Virus record (IMG/VR): IMGVR_UViG_3300037475_000032
Coordinates: 96,766 to 160,765 of that record
Source: a virus
Reading direction: 5' to 3' (one strand)
DNA: 64,000 bases
Numbering within the stretch: the first letter of the stretch is position 1; each line of letters begins with the position of its first letter. The position numbers and the translations under genes are program-made. This document shows, one piece after another, positions 20,729 to 30,167 of the stretch. Under the pieces are notes generated by a model that ran no database searches, had not been told where the DNA came from, and worked only from the letters and a program-made list of their open reading frames with translations.

Positions 20729-21934
20729 GTGAAGATCGTTGCTACACAAGACCACGAGTCATGGTTCGTGGATTACGTGCGAGAGGCACTTGCGGAGGCT
20801 CCAGCAGAGTTGCCGCCCAAGGAGCAGACCTTTGGTCACGTCACGGCACGCTGGCATGTCTGCGAGCCTGGAATCGCTCACATCGCCGTCGAGGGCGGCA
20901 CGGTCGATGATCGTCTCCTAGTAGAGACAGTTGTCCGCAGTCAACTTGAGGGTCATGGGTTTAAACAGGCAGCCTACACGCTCTCGTGGGACCTGGGAGA
21001 CAAGAAGCTCGTGAAGGAAGCCACCTGGGACGACATCATGGCGAAGGCCAAGCGTCTCATCCAGTCGGGCGATGTCCAGATCTTGCGCAACGGCTACAAC
21101 ATCATCGTGGGTCAGGTGCAGGGTGACCACGGCACTTACCAGACCGAGATCAGCCGTGACGATCCTAACTCGCAGGCGATCACGCTCTGGCAGTGTGAAT
21201 GTCCGTGGGATCAGTTCGCGTGGCAGCGTACAAGGCAGTGGAAGAAGTATGAGGGACGTGTGTGCTCGCACGTTCTCGCTACCTACTGGCAGGCTCAGAC
21301 CATGCCGTTGGACGAAGACAGCGAACCAGGCCAGAGCCCCGAAGCACCGCAAGGCCCACCAGGCACGGTGGCTCCAGGCGCATCCGTTCCACCAGAAGGC
21401 TCAGAAGCCTTCAACCCCAACATGAAGGCGGATCAGGCTGCACCTGGCAGCATGGCCCCCACGCCTCCACCAGGACAGGCACCAGAACCACCGGATCTAC
21501 TCCCGCCCTACCAGATGAATCCGGCCACTCAGCCTGCCACCAATCCCGTCTCTGTGCCGGGCCAGAAGCCTCAGACACCGCTCAACCCTGTCCAGTATCC
21601 TGGCGGCACGTTCTCGTCCATTCACACCTCTGAGCAAGAGTTTGTCAACGGCATGATGGTGTCGAACAAGCAGGAAGACGTAGGGACACTCGTCGGGCGC
21701 TCACCAGAACATGGCGCAGGCAACCAGGCCAGCATCCCGCAGAACAGCGTGGGTGAGGTACTTGGAGTCGATCCAACTACCGGAATGGTGAATGTCTACT
21801 TCGCAGGCCCGCAGGCAGAAGCGGGCAAGATGGAACCGCATGGCATCGTCGGCTGGTTCTTCCCACAGGAACTAGCCGTGCGTGGGGATGTGAGGGCACC
21901 AGGCCCAGCCATCCAGCGCCGTCGTGCGCTATAG
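20729..21934 (+). CDS. Modular protein with SWIM Zn finger, Pro-rich linker and SH3-like C-terminus
   Basis: CECPW...CSHVLA; KQA/KEA/HTS linkers; GTAATAG upstream. Confidence 0.7.
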   Translation: MKIVATQDHESWFVDYVREALAEAPAELPPKEQTFGHVTARWHVCEPGIAHIAVEGGTVDDRLLVETVVRSQLEGHGFKQAAYTLSWDLGDKKLVKEATWDDIMAKAKRLIQSGDVQILRNGYNIIVGQVQGDHGTYQTEISRDDPNSQAITLWQCECPWDQFAWQRTRQWKKYEGRVCSHVLATYWQAQTMPLDEDSEPGQSPEAPQGPPGTVAPGASVPPEGSEAFNPNMKADQAAPGSMAPTPPPGQAPEPPDLLPPYQMNPATQPATNPVSVPGQKPQTPLNPVQYPGGTFSSIHTSEQEFVNGMMVSNKQEDVGTLVGRSPEHGAGNQASIPQNSVGEVLGVDPTTGMVNVYFAGPQAEAGKMEPHGIVGWFFPQELAVRGDVRAPGPAIQRRRAL

Positions 21935-21941
21935 TGACAGG

Positions 21942-22220
21942 ATGCCTTACAAGACTCCGCTCTTGAGTAACCGCTGCGAGGTCAATGGCAAAGAGCTTCC
22001 TCCCGGTATCGGTGTAGATGTTGACCAGATGATGGAGAGGCTAGAGATCCCCATTGGCCCTGTTACGAGCATCCGAGGACCCGAGATCATCTACACCGCC
22101 TACTACCGTTATCAGGACTGTGACGGCGGCTGGCACAAATCGAATAGACGTGTTCGCCCTGGCTCAACCGTCAAACTCTACAGCTATGATGGCGAGAAGG
22201 AGTACGTTGTTCAGGTCTAG
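21942..22220 (+). CDS. Hypothetical protein
   Basis: ORF fills the gap between neighbours. Confidence 0.5.
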   Translation: MPYKTPLLSNRCEVNGKELPPGIGVDVDQMMERLEIPIGPVTSIRGPEIIYTAYYRYQDCDGGWHKSNRRVRPGSTVKLYSYDGEKEYVVQV

Positions 22221-22236
22221 CGAACCGTAATAGGCG

Positions 22237-22686
22237 ATGGCCTTTACGAATATCGAAGTCACCGGCACCTTCAAGGGTCCGAGCAATGAAGCTCTTACGG
22301 GCCGAGTGACAGCCACGCTCTCGACGCCTATCCAGAACGGCACCACGAGCGTCACGCCTACCAAGATCGTAGGCAACGTCACCAATGGCACGCTGAGCAT
22401 GAAACTGGCTGCCAACAACGATCCTGCGACGCTACCCACAGGATCGTTCTACACGTTCCGTGTCGAACTGCAACGAACCGAAGCACGCGAATTCAAGGCC
22501 GTCGTAGAATACAACGTGGCCGAAGGCAAGGTGGACATCTCGAAGCTGTATGAAAGCAGCGGCTTCATCGGGAAGAAAGTCCGCCCGCAGATCTCCGTCT
22601 CACCCACGCTCCAGGAACTATCCGAAGTGCTCGTTGATCTCGGCTTGGTCGAACAAGTGCAGAAGCCCTTCGCCCGAGACCTGTAG
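22237..22686 (+). CDS. Probable virion structural protein
   Basis: Beta-rich (VTGTF, LAANNDPATLPTGSFYT); GTAATAGGCG motif directly upstream. Confidence 0.6.
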   Translation: MAFTNIEVTGTFKGPSNEALTGRVTATLSTPIQNGTTSVTPTKIVGNVTNGTLSMKLAANNDPATLPTGSFYTFRVELQRTEAREFKAVVEYNVAEGKVDISKLYESSGFIGKKVRPQISVSPTLQELSEVLVDLGLVEQVQKPFARDL

Positions 22687-22767
22687 CCATGTGGAGGGAG
22701 TTGAAGTACTGGCTCCAATGGGGAACCCATAGTGGACACAGACGCCGCCGATTGCTAGGATGCTGGC

Positions 22768-23082
22768 ATGAGCTACGAGGGCGTCATTGATGCGTCTCCC
22801 TACGACATAGGCTGGGAGGACATCCGCAGGGACTTCATGATCCGAGGCTATATCAGCTTCGGGATCACGGACTACCGCTCAGTCATCATGCCAACGATGA
22901 CGAACGATGTCTACATTCGTCACGCTCAGCGAGCCGAGGAACTGCTACGCATCTTCCATCGCCGCCCCTCGTGGCGTACGTTCATCCGTCTGCTTCGAGA
23001 GGCGTTCCTATCTGGGTTTGAGGATAGTCGCGGCAGTCGGGACAGATACACCCACGGGCGAGCCGTTGGATCTGCCGGTTGA
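22768..23082 (+). CDS. Hypothetical protein, leaderless
   Basis: TGC-TAGGAT-N6-ATG. Confidence 0.5.
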   Translation: MSYEGVIDASPYDIGWEDIRRDFMIRGYISFGITDYRSVIMPTMTNDVYIRHAQRAEELLRIFHRRPSWRTFIRLLREAFLSGFEDSRGSRDRYTHGRAVGSAG

Positions 23083-23112
23083 GTCGCCAGCGCTTGAAGA
23101 TCGTGATGGGAT

Positions 23113-23364
23113 TCATGGGCGAAGCACGGCTCCTGAGAGATTGGCACCACGCAGGTCAGCCCCTCGTAGGTTGGCCTTCGCCAGTTCGTGGAAGGCACGC
23201 TGCCAGCGCTCATCGAGCGGAGGCGGCACATAGCTTGCGTTTTCCTTACGCACCCGACGATTGTGCGGGTACTGGCGAATCCGTCGTATGGGCTCGTAGA
23301 TGACTAGGGCCATGCCTACGTCGTAGCCGATGATGGCTCCTATGAGGGTCCAAGTAATGTTCAT
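23113..23364 (-). CDS. Small membrane protein ending in three pentapeptide repeats
   Basis: N-terminal TM segment; ANLRGADLRGANLSGA; leaderless promoter. Confidence 0.6.
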   Translation of the reverse strand: MNITWTLIGAIIGYDVGMALVIYEPIRRIRQYPHNRRVRKENASYVPPPLDERWQRAFHELAKANLRGADLRGANLSGAVLRP

Positions 23365-23370
23365 GCTCAT

Positions 23371-23441
23371 AGCATAGCCTATGTTGCGACCTAAGTCAAG
23401 CAAAGAAAAGTCTTGACATAGGCTACATGAGGGTATATACT
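23371..23441. promoter_or_regulatory. Back-to-back divergent SigA promoters
   Basis: Minus TTGACT-17-TATGCT (23399-23371); plus TTGACA-17-TATACT (23413-23441); each 6-7 nt before an ATG. Confidence 0.8.
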
Positions 23442-23448
23442 TCATCCC

Positions 23449-23679
23449 ATGACACGCAAAGACTACAACGCACTGGCCGAGATGGTCCGTACAACACGGA
23501 CGCACTACCAGGGCGCAAAGCCGAAGGCCAAGGTCAGCAAGGACATCAAGGAGCTTGTGAAGGGTGCTTGCACCGATGCCGTTGACCACATGGCTCGTGA
23601 GATCGCCAACATCTGCGAAGCCGACAACCCGCACTTCGACCGTGACCGCTTCATGATCGCCTGTGGGGTGCCGCGATGA
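23449..23679 (+). CDS. Small phage protein (TRKDY...FDRDRF family)
   Basis: MTRKDYNALA...NPHFDRDRFMIAC; leaderless. Confidence 0.75.
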   Translation: MTRKDYNALAEMVRTTRTHYQGAKPKAKVSKDIKELVKGACTDAVDHMAREIANICEADNPHFDRDRFMIACGVPR

Positions 23680-24744
23680 ACCAGCGCTATCTCATCTGGC
23701 CCGTCGAGGATGGCTACGTGGTGCGCGACACCGTACGTGACCATGAAGTCGTCTCGGAGTCGCTGCCCCGCCGAGAAGCACAGGCGGAGGCTCGTCGCAT
23801 GAACAACGAGACCGATCCCGAGGTCACTATTCCTCGTGTGCGTGGAGCGAAGTGGCTCCGCGAGGCCAAGTACATCGACAACGCCCTCAAGCGCGAGGTC
23901 GTGCGAGTCATCGAACTGTGCAAAGAGGAGTTCCCGGATGAGCCAATCATGATCCGGCCAGCCTCATACATCGGCCCTGACGACGACAGCCGTGTGGTAG
24001 TCTGCTACGGGCTCGGTCAGCGAATCTTTAGGAGCGTGTGATGAAGCTCGTGCTGACTCGAAAGAAGGAGATCGATGTCGTGGAAGACGCGCTAGTCCAC
24101 TTTCTTGGCGGCGCGACTAACCGAGAGCTAAGCGAATGGCTCGGATGGAAAGCGGCAGAGATCAATGCGGCCAATGAGGTCGTCAGCAAGATCAACTCTC
24201 AACGTCTACAGGAGACATCATGATTTACACAGACCAACAGATCGATGTCCTTCTGGAGAAGGCCAACGAAATAGGCTTCAACACGGCACTCGGCATCGTG
24301 CGCTCGTTCGATGAGGACGTGCAGGAGAAGTACAAGGACGCATTGCGTCAGGCGATGCGCGAAATCCTGGAGCTTCTTCCCGATGCTGAGCCGCAAGCTG
24401 AGGAGAGCGTCGTCTATGGCGTGCTCTGCCAGCCGTGGTGGGAAAGCGAGCGAGGCTGGGGTCAGCGCCCCGATGGTTTCACACTCCATGCTTCCTTCGA
24501 GGACCACAAGCGCTTCACGGAAGACCACTGGAAGAAGCAGAAGGCGTACTTCGCCGAGCGTGGTCTGCCCGAGGGTCATGTCCCTGACGCCTACACCTTC
24601 GCCAGCGGCGACCCATTCGTGGTCGAAGTGGACGAGGAGACCTACAGGGCCGTCACCGATCCCGCTGTTGCGGGCATCTGGGGACAGGGCAACAAAGCGC
24701 CTGAGAAGGCGAACCGTCGAGACCTGGAACTGGGGCCGAACTAG
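23676..24744 (+). CDS. Three coupled hypothetical genes (23676-24041, 24041-24223, 24220-24744)
   Basis: ATGA/TGATG overlaps. Confidence 0.6.
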
Positions 24745-24922
24745 CCGTGACACGACAGCAGGACATCGAGAAGCACATGCAGGAATCTGGCGAAGCGAGC
24801 GAAGACCAGGAATGGCAGGAGTACTACCACAGGGTTCGCTCCCGCAAGTGTACCTGCGATTTGCTGGAGCCGTACGGTCACGTCACTTGTCCAAGCTGCA
24901 ATGAGTCGATTGGAGACTTCCT

Positions 24923-25399
24923 ATGAGCAACATCACACTCACTTCCGGCGACTTGTTCGCATCGAGGGCTCAGACGCTTGTGAACGCCACCAACTGTCAG
25001 GGTGTTATGGGCGCTGGGATCGCAAGAGCGTTCAAGGAACGCTTTCCCACCATGTTCGAGGACTACCAGCGGGCATGTGAGGCCGGAGAGCACACGGCCA
25101 CGCAGCCACACTTCTGGCGCAACCCTGGCGACAAGCCTCCGTGGATGAGCTACGAACGACAGAGCGTGCTCAACATCGCCAGCACACCGCACATGGGCGA
25201 TACGCCGAAGCTCAGCCTCATCGCCGTCAACCTCGTATGGATCGTGGAGAACTACGAGGAGGTCGGGATCAGGTCGCTGGCGGTTCCGGCGCTCGGATGC
25301 GGGATCGGCGGGGGCGACTGGAGTTTGATGAAGCCCCTGCTCGTCAACTTCTTGAGCCTCATCGACATCCCCGTAGAGATCTACGAGCCACAGTCTTGA
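24923..25399 (+). CDS. Macro-domain ADP-ribose hydrolase (Poa1p/DarG-like)
   Basis: GDLF, LVNATNCQGVMGAGIARAFKERFP, SLAVPALGCGIGGGDW. Confidence 0.9.
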   Translation: MSNITLTSGDLFASRAQTLVNATNCQGVMGAGIARAFKERFPTMFEDYQRACEAGEHTATQPHFWRNPGDKPPWMSYERQSVLNIASTPHMGDTPKLSLIAVNLVWIVENYEEVGIRSLAVPALGCGIGGGDWSLMKPLLVNFLSLIDIPVEIYEPQS

Positions 25400-25424
25400 C
25401 ATAGGTCGAAGGATAGGCTACACT
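25396..25424 (+). promoter_or_regulatory. SigA-type promoter
   Basis: TTGACA-17-TACACT. Confidence 0.8.
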
Positions 25425-25527
25425 ACCGCACACCACTTTGCCGATTCCCATGCCGAGCTAGCCGCCCGGCAAGGGAATCGGCAGATATCCCAACAATCTG
25501 CCACACGATTTCAAGGAGCTAACCAAA

Positions 25528-26343
25528 GTGATCCAGATTCACCACATCAATGGCAGCGTGCTATTCACTGCCGAGAACGCACGGGACGTGCGAGAGGCCG
25601 TGGAAGAGGCACGCAGGGTAGGCGCTAACCTCGAAGGCGCTTACCTCCGAGGCGCTAACCTCGAAGGCGCTAACCTCCGAGGCGCTTACCTCGAAGGCGC
25701 TAACCTCCGAGGCGCTTACCTCCGAGGCGCTAACCTCGAAGGCGCTAACCTCGAAGGCGCTTACCTCCGAGGCGCTAACCTCGAAGGCGCTTACCTCCGA
25801 GGCGCTTACCTCCGAGGCGCTTACCTCCGAGGCGCTAACCTCGAAGGCGCTAACCTCCGAGGCGCTTACCTCGAAGGCGCTTACCTCCGAGGCGCTAACC
25901 TCGAAGGCGCTAACCTCCGAGGCGCTAACCTCGAAGGCGCTAACCTCGAAGGCGCTAACGGGGCAAATCCCTATCTCATCAACGATCTGCTCATGCTGCA
26001 CGATCAGGTCGGGAAGATCAGGGCCTACAAGCTGGTCAACGAGGCAGCGGAGGGTCCGACGTACGGTGGCATCAAGTACGAGAAGGGCAAGGAGTACTCC
26101 GTCGATGGCGCAGACACGGACGTAGATGTCCTGTGTGGCGCTGGCATCAACGTGGCGACGTTGCCTTGGTGCATGAAAGAATGGCGAGAGGGCTTCCGCA
26201 TCCTCGTCATCGAGTTCACGGCCAAGGACATCGCAGCCATCCCCACGGCCAGCGATGGCAAGTTCCGTCTGCATCGCTGCAAGGTCGTGGGTGAGAAGGA
26301 CTTGAAGGAGATCGGTCTCGTCCCGGAGATCGAGAAGGCGTAA
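25528..26343 (+). CDS. Pentapeptide-repeat protein with globular C-terminal domain
   Basis: GA[NY]L[ER] x22; AAGGAG RBS; C-terminal AYK...CGAGIN...GKFR. Confidence 0.9.
   Translation: MIQIHHINGSVLFTAENARDVREAVEEARRVGANLEGAYLRGANLEGANLRGAYLEGANLRGAYLRGANLEGANLEGAYLRGANLEGAYLRGAYLRGAYLRGANLEGANLRGAYLEGAYLRGANLEGANLRGANLEGANLEGANGANPYLINDLLMLHDQVGKIRAYKLVNEAAEGPTYGGIKYEKGKEYSVDGADTDVDVLCGAGINVATLPWCMKEWREGFRILVIEFTAKDIAAIPTASDGKFRLHRCKVVGEKDLKEIGLVPEIEKA
25621..25950 (+). repeat. 22 tandem 15-bp units GGCGCT(A/T)ACCTC(GA/CG)A
   Basis: Counted directly; only four unit variants. Confidence 0.95.
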
Positions 26344-26349
26344 GCCACC

Positions 26350-26604
26350 ATGGTCTTCCACCGCATCGACACCATACGCTATCGCGTCCTTGATGATGAG
26401 GACGGGAAGCTCCTTGGCACCGTCAACAAGGAAACATTCAGGACGTACCCTGATGGCCTTGAGGGCGATGTCAAGGAGGGGTGCTTCTGGTTGGCGCACA
26501 GTCGGGGATACGTTCAGGTCCCTGGCAAGTTCGCCAGCCGGAAGGCAGCGGCGGAAGCGTTGATCGATAGTCAGACGAAACCAGCGGCCAAGCTAGCTGC
26601 TTGA
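26350..26604 (+). CDS. Hypothetical protein
   Basis: Ends ...FASRKAAAEAL. Confidence 0.6.
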   Translation: MVFHRIDTIRYRVLDDEDGKLLGTVNKETFRTYPDGLEGDVKEGCFWLAHSRGYVQVPGKFASRKAAAEALIDSQTKPAAKLAA

Positions 26605-26629
26605 CATTGGTCTCGACATAGGCTACACT
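26601..26629 (+). promoter_or_regulatory. SigA-type promoter of the rII operon
   Basis: TTGACA-17-TACACT; AAGGAG RBS downstream. Confidence 0.8.
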
Positions 26630-26664
26630 ATCGGTACAACGAACTTCAAGGAGCCCCAAACCCC

Positions 26665-28617
26665 ATGATTCCCTCTGTAGCAGAAGACATCAACGTGGAG
26701 AGCACCGTGACTGGCGAGAAGATCGCCATGTCGCTGGACGAGAACAGTCTCGCTCACCTCATGACGGTGCTGACCAACCTGTACTCCGACCCCGAGATGG
26801 CGGTACTGCGTGAGTACAGCACGAACGCCCGTGACTCCCACATCGAGGCGGGCACCACGCGGCCCATCGAGGTCACGTTGCCTTCGGTCCTCAATCCCTT
26901 CCTGCACATCAAGGACTTCGGCATCGGCTTGAACGAATCTGACATCGCCGAGATCTACAGCAAGTACGGCGCGAGCACCAAGCGTGAGACCAACGAACAG
27001 ACGGGCGTCCTTGGCCTTGGCTGCAAGAGCGGCCTGACCTACAGCCCACAGTTCTCGCTCGTCGGCATCAAGGAGGGTACACGCACGATGGTCAGCATTG
27101 CGCGTGACGAGGATGGCACGGGCTCGATGACGATTGTCGAAAGCTCGCCCACCGATGAGCCCAACGGCGTCGAGGTCATCATCCCTGTGCGTCGCTACAA
27201 CAACCTCGAAGACAAGTCCCGTGACTTGTTCCGCTTCTGGGAGCCGGGCACAGTGCTCGTCAACGGCGAGGAACCAGAACGCATCGAGGGCACGAAGGTC
27301 TCGGATACCATGCTTATCGCCGAGCGTCTGCACACGGACTACATCGTCATGGGCGGTGTCCCTTACCCCGTGTCGCTCAACACTCCGCTGGCGGGCAAGT
27401 ACAAGCTCGTGGTCTTCGCTGAGATCGGTGATATCAACTTCACGCCTAGCCGCGAGGACTTGCAGCAGACCAAGCGCACAAAGGACTTCATTGCCCTGGC
27501 CCAGGAGCGCTTCGTCTCGCAGGTACAGGGAGCGATTCAGCGTGATATCGATGGTGCTGAAAGCCCTCGTGCCGCCTTCTACACGGCCATCAAATGGCGC
27601 GATGCACTTCCGCACCTCAAGATGGACATGACCTACAAGCAGCAGGAAATCCCGCTGGAGTTCGTTGCTCCCGAAGGCAAGAAGATCGTGGTCAGTAACC
27701 GCAACAGCGATGTGTTGAGCCGACACAGCAAGCACACCACGCTTGCGGCTGGCACGTTCATCAATGGCCTGCTCGTCTACGGCTACAACATGACGAACTT
27801 CACGGCCAGTCACAAGAAGAAGCTCAAGAAGTTCGCGGAAGAAGCGGGCATCAACGCCGAACACTTCATCCTCAGCGAGGACCGCATCGAATCTGTGTGG
27901 CTCGATCCGGCCAGCATGGTGGAGTGGGAGGCCATTCGTGCCATCAAGCTCGACAATCACGGCAGAGCCGGGGGGGCAGGTCGAGTCAAGGGCTCGTACG
28001 ACATGTGGGAGCAAGGCACGTTCCGCAACGAGGTCCCGGCCGAGGAGATCGATGGCGAACTGCCCTTGTTCTACTTCACCACACACGACTTCAAGGTTGT
28101 GGGTCGCAACGCTACTCGCAACGGCGATGCTGTGCGCCTTGTCACCAAGCACTTCCCTGACTGCACAGTGGTCCTCATGGGAGCCAACCGCACATCGAAG
28201 TTCTGCCGCGACTTCCCGAGCGCCAAGTCCATTCAGCAGGTGCTTCGTGAGACCTATGAGAGGATCGCGGACGAAATCGATCCCAAGTACATCAAGGCGT
28301 ACAAGCTGGACGGCGCAAGTTCGTACGGTCGTCCTCTCAGTCGCCTGGACGCTTCGTTGATCGATGACCCCGACCTGGCCGAATCAGTGCGTCTGTCGGA
28401 CATGACGGGTGTCGAAGGCGCAGTAGAACCACTGCGCGAGTTCAGCGGCTTGATGCAATACGTCGGGATATCTGATAGACTCCAGTATGACTTCGAGCAC
28501 GACCCGCTCGACAACTACCCACTGCTATCCAACTGCAACTTCCGTAACGAAGTCCCGTCTCACCTTTACCTATACGTCAACGCCGTCTACGCGGCATCCC
28601 AAGCAGAAAAGGAGTAG
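26665..28617 (+). CDS. rIIA: rIIA-like protein (GHKL ATPase N-terminus)
   Basis: LYSDPEMAVLREYSTNARDSH, KDFGIGL, YGASTKR, GVLGLGCKS, TPSREDL; followed by an rIIB-like gene. Confidence 0.85.
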   Translation: MIPSVAEDINVESTVTGEKIAMSLDENSLAHLMTVLTNLYSDPEMAVLREYSTNARDSHIEAGTTRPIEVTLPSVLNPFLHIKDFGIGLNESDIAEIYSKYGASTKRETNEQTGVLGLGCKSGLTYSPQFSLVGIKEGTRTMVSIARDEDGTGSMTIVESSPTDEPNGVEVIIPVRRYNNLEDKSRDLFRFWEPGTVLVNGEEPERIEGTKVSDTMLIAERLHTDYIVMGGVPYPVSLNTPLAGKYKLVVFAEIGDINFTPSREDLQQTKRTKDFIALAQERFVSQVQGAIQRDIDGAESPRAAFYTAIKWRDALPHLKMDMTYKQQEIPLEFVAPEGKKIVVSNRNSDVLSRHSKHTTLAAGTFINGLLVYGYNMTNFTASHKKKLKKFAEEAGINAEHFILSEDRIESVWLDPASMVEWEAIRAIKLDNHGRAGGAGRVKGSYDMWEQGTFRNEVPAEEIDGELPLFYFTTHDFKVVGRNATRNGDAVRLVTKHFPDCTVVLMGANRTSKFCRDFPSAKSIQQVLRETYERIADEIDPKYIKAYKLDGASSYGRPLSRLDASLIDDPDLAESVRLSDMTGVEGAVEPLREFSGLMQYVGISDRLQYDFEHDPLDNYPLLSNCNFRNEVPSHLYLYVNAVYAASQAEKE

Positions 28618-28624
28618 GACCATC

Positions 28625-29755
28625 ATGGCCCAGACAGCAAGCCCACTCGATCAGAACGCGAAGGTCTTTGCGTTCGTCAAGGCTGCGCTTGAGAGGGGCG
28701 ATGGTCCCTCCGTAGTTGCAGCAGCCGTAGAGGACAAGTACGGCATCACCACGACCAAGGACTCGATCCGCAGGTTCCGTGAGCGTCACGGCATCGCATC
28801 GGTCAAGAAGACCACCAAGGCCACGCCAAAGGCGAAGGCATCAAAGCCCAAGCCCGTGAAGGCCGCCTTCCAATACTCGATCATCGAGCAGGACGGCGAG
28901 CAGTGCATCACGGTCTTCGCTCCTGGCGAGACGCCGAAGGTGGCGGACTCGTCGCACCCCAACTTCTCTACGATGGTGGAGAAGGCCAAGGCGGGCGACA
29001 TCGACGTGCTCGATCTCTTCGACGTGGAGAGGGTCATCCGCGAGAACTTCACACGACTCTCTGAGCGCGTGTTGGTCCGCGACGGCCGTATCTACTTCGA
29101 CGGCAACGAGTTGGACAACGCGATCACAGAGCACATCCTTCGCTTCCTCGATGAAGGTGGCGCAGATGGCGACTGGAGCCCGCTCGTGAACTTCCTGGAG
29201 AAGATCCAGGACAACCCCATCGAGCACTCACGCGAGCAGCTTTACCGCTGGCTCGCATCGCACAAGTTCTCGATCACCCACGAGGGCGACATCGTTGCCT
29301 ACAAGGGTGTGAAGCGCAACAGTGATGAGGACGCGGAGCACGAGTTCCAGAGCGTCTACGGTGGTCACGCCATCGTGGATGAGGTCGAGGTGCATGGCGA
29401 GGTGCCGCAGTCTATCGGCTCCGTCGTGGAAATGCCTCGTACCGAGGTGGCTCACAACCCACGCGAGGCGTGCTCCAGTGGTCTGCACGTCGCCACGTTC
29501 AGCTACGCCAAGGGATGGGGCGAGGTGGTCCTTGAGGTCCACGTCAACCCGCGTGACATCGTGTCCGTGCCAAACGGCGAGGCAGAAAAGGCCCGTACGT
29601 GCCGCTACTACGTCGAGGATGTCGTGACGGCTCCTTACGAGGCCGCCATCGTCCTCGACACCACGCCTGCGCCAGTCCCGGCGCAGGATGACGACGAGTG
29701 CCTGCACTGCGCGTGCTTCGACGCAGGCGACCAGTGCTGCGTGTGCGGTGCGTAA
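28625..29755 (+). CDS. rIIB: rIIB-like protein with extra N-terminal HTH-like domain
   Basis: LVNFLEK...NP...EQLYRWL, ITHEGDIVAYKGV, VEMPR, CSSGLHV, VNPRDIVSVP, KARTCRY. Confidence 0.85.
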   Translation: MAQTASPLDQNAKVFAFVKAALERGDGPSVVAAAVEDKYGITTTKDSIRRFRERHGIASVKKTTKATPKAKASKPKPVKAAFQYSIIEQDGEQCITVFAPGETPKVADSSHPNFSTMVEKAKAGDIDVLDLFDVERVIRENFTRLSERVLVRDGRIYFDGNELDNAITEHILRFLDEGGADGDWSPLVNFLEKIQDNPIEHSREQLYRWLASHKFSITHEGDIVAYKGVKRNSDEDAEHEFQSVYGGHAIVDEVEVHGEVPQSIGSVVEMPRTEVAHNPREACSSGLHVATFSYAKGWGEVVLEVHVNPRDIVSVPNGEAEKARTCRYYVEDVVTAPYEAAIVLDTTPAPVPAQDDDECLHCACFDAGDQCCVCGA

Positions 29756-29915
29756 ATGGAACACACGATTGCACATCTCAGGCGCGATGTAGAGCGTGAG
29801 CGCGCAAGGGCAGACTTCTTGGAGGCTGCCCTGCGCAACTACGCTGAGCACGCCTGGAATGATCTCAAGCGCACGTTGGCAATCGACTATCCACGAGCAC
29901 TACCAACAACTAACG

Positions 29916-30167
29916 ATGACTAACGAAGACACCAACATCCTGGACGAGTTCCCCGCTCACATGGGCCGCACTCCTATCTATCCGTGGGACGAGTGGACCG
30001 ATGGTCAGATCAGGGAGCTTGTTCAGGGTGAGGACTTCTACTCGGAGGCCACGTCGTTTCGCACGCTCATCCATCGGACAGCGCGTAGACGTGGGCTCAA
30101 GGCCAAGACTCGCATCAGCGACGACAAGAAAAGCGTGATCGTTGCCTTCTACAAGGAGCAGTCATGA
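29916..30167 (+). CDS. Small putative DNA-binding protein
   Basis: GRTPIYPWDEW...GEDF...basic helix. Confidence 0.55.
   Translation: MTNEDTNILDEFPAHMGRTPIYPWDEWTDGQIRELVQGEDFYSEATSFRTLIHRTARRRGLKAKTRISDDKKSVIVAFYKEQS

Noticed and set aside
25621-25950. CRISPR-like array
   Set aside because: Contiguous 15-bp coding units with no spacers and no cas genes
25561-28152. Long minus-strand ORFs (312 aa and 509 aa)
   Set aside because: In-register shadows of the pentapeptide and rIIA genes, with no promoter, RBS or protein-like features, unlike the four nested genes
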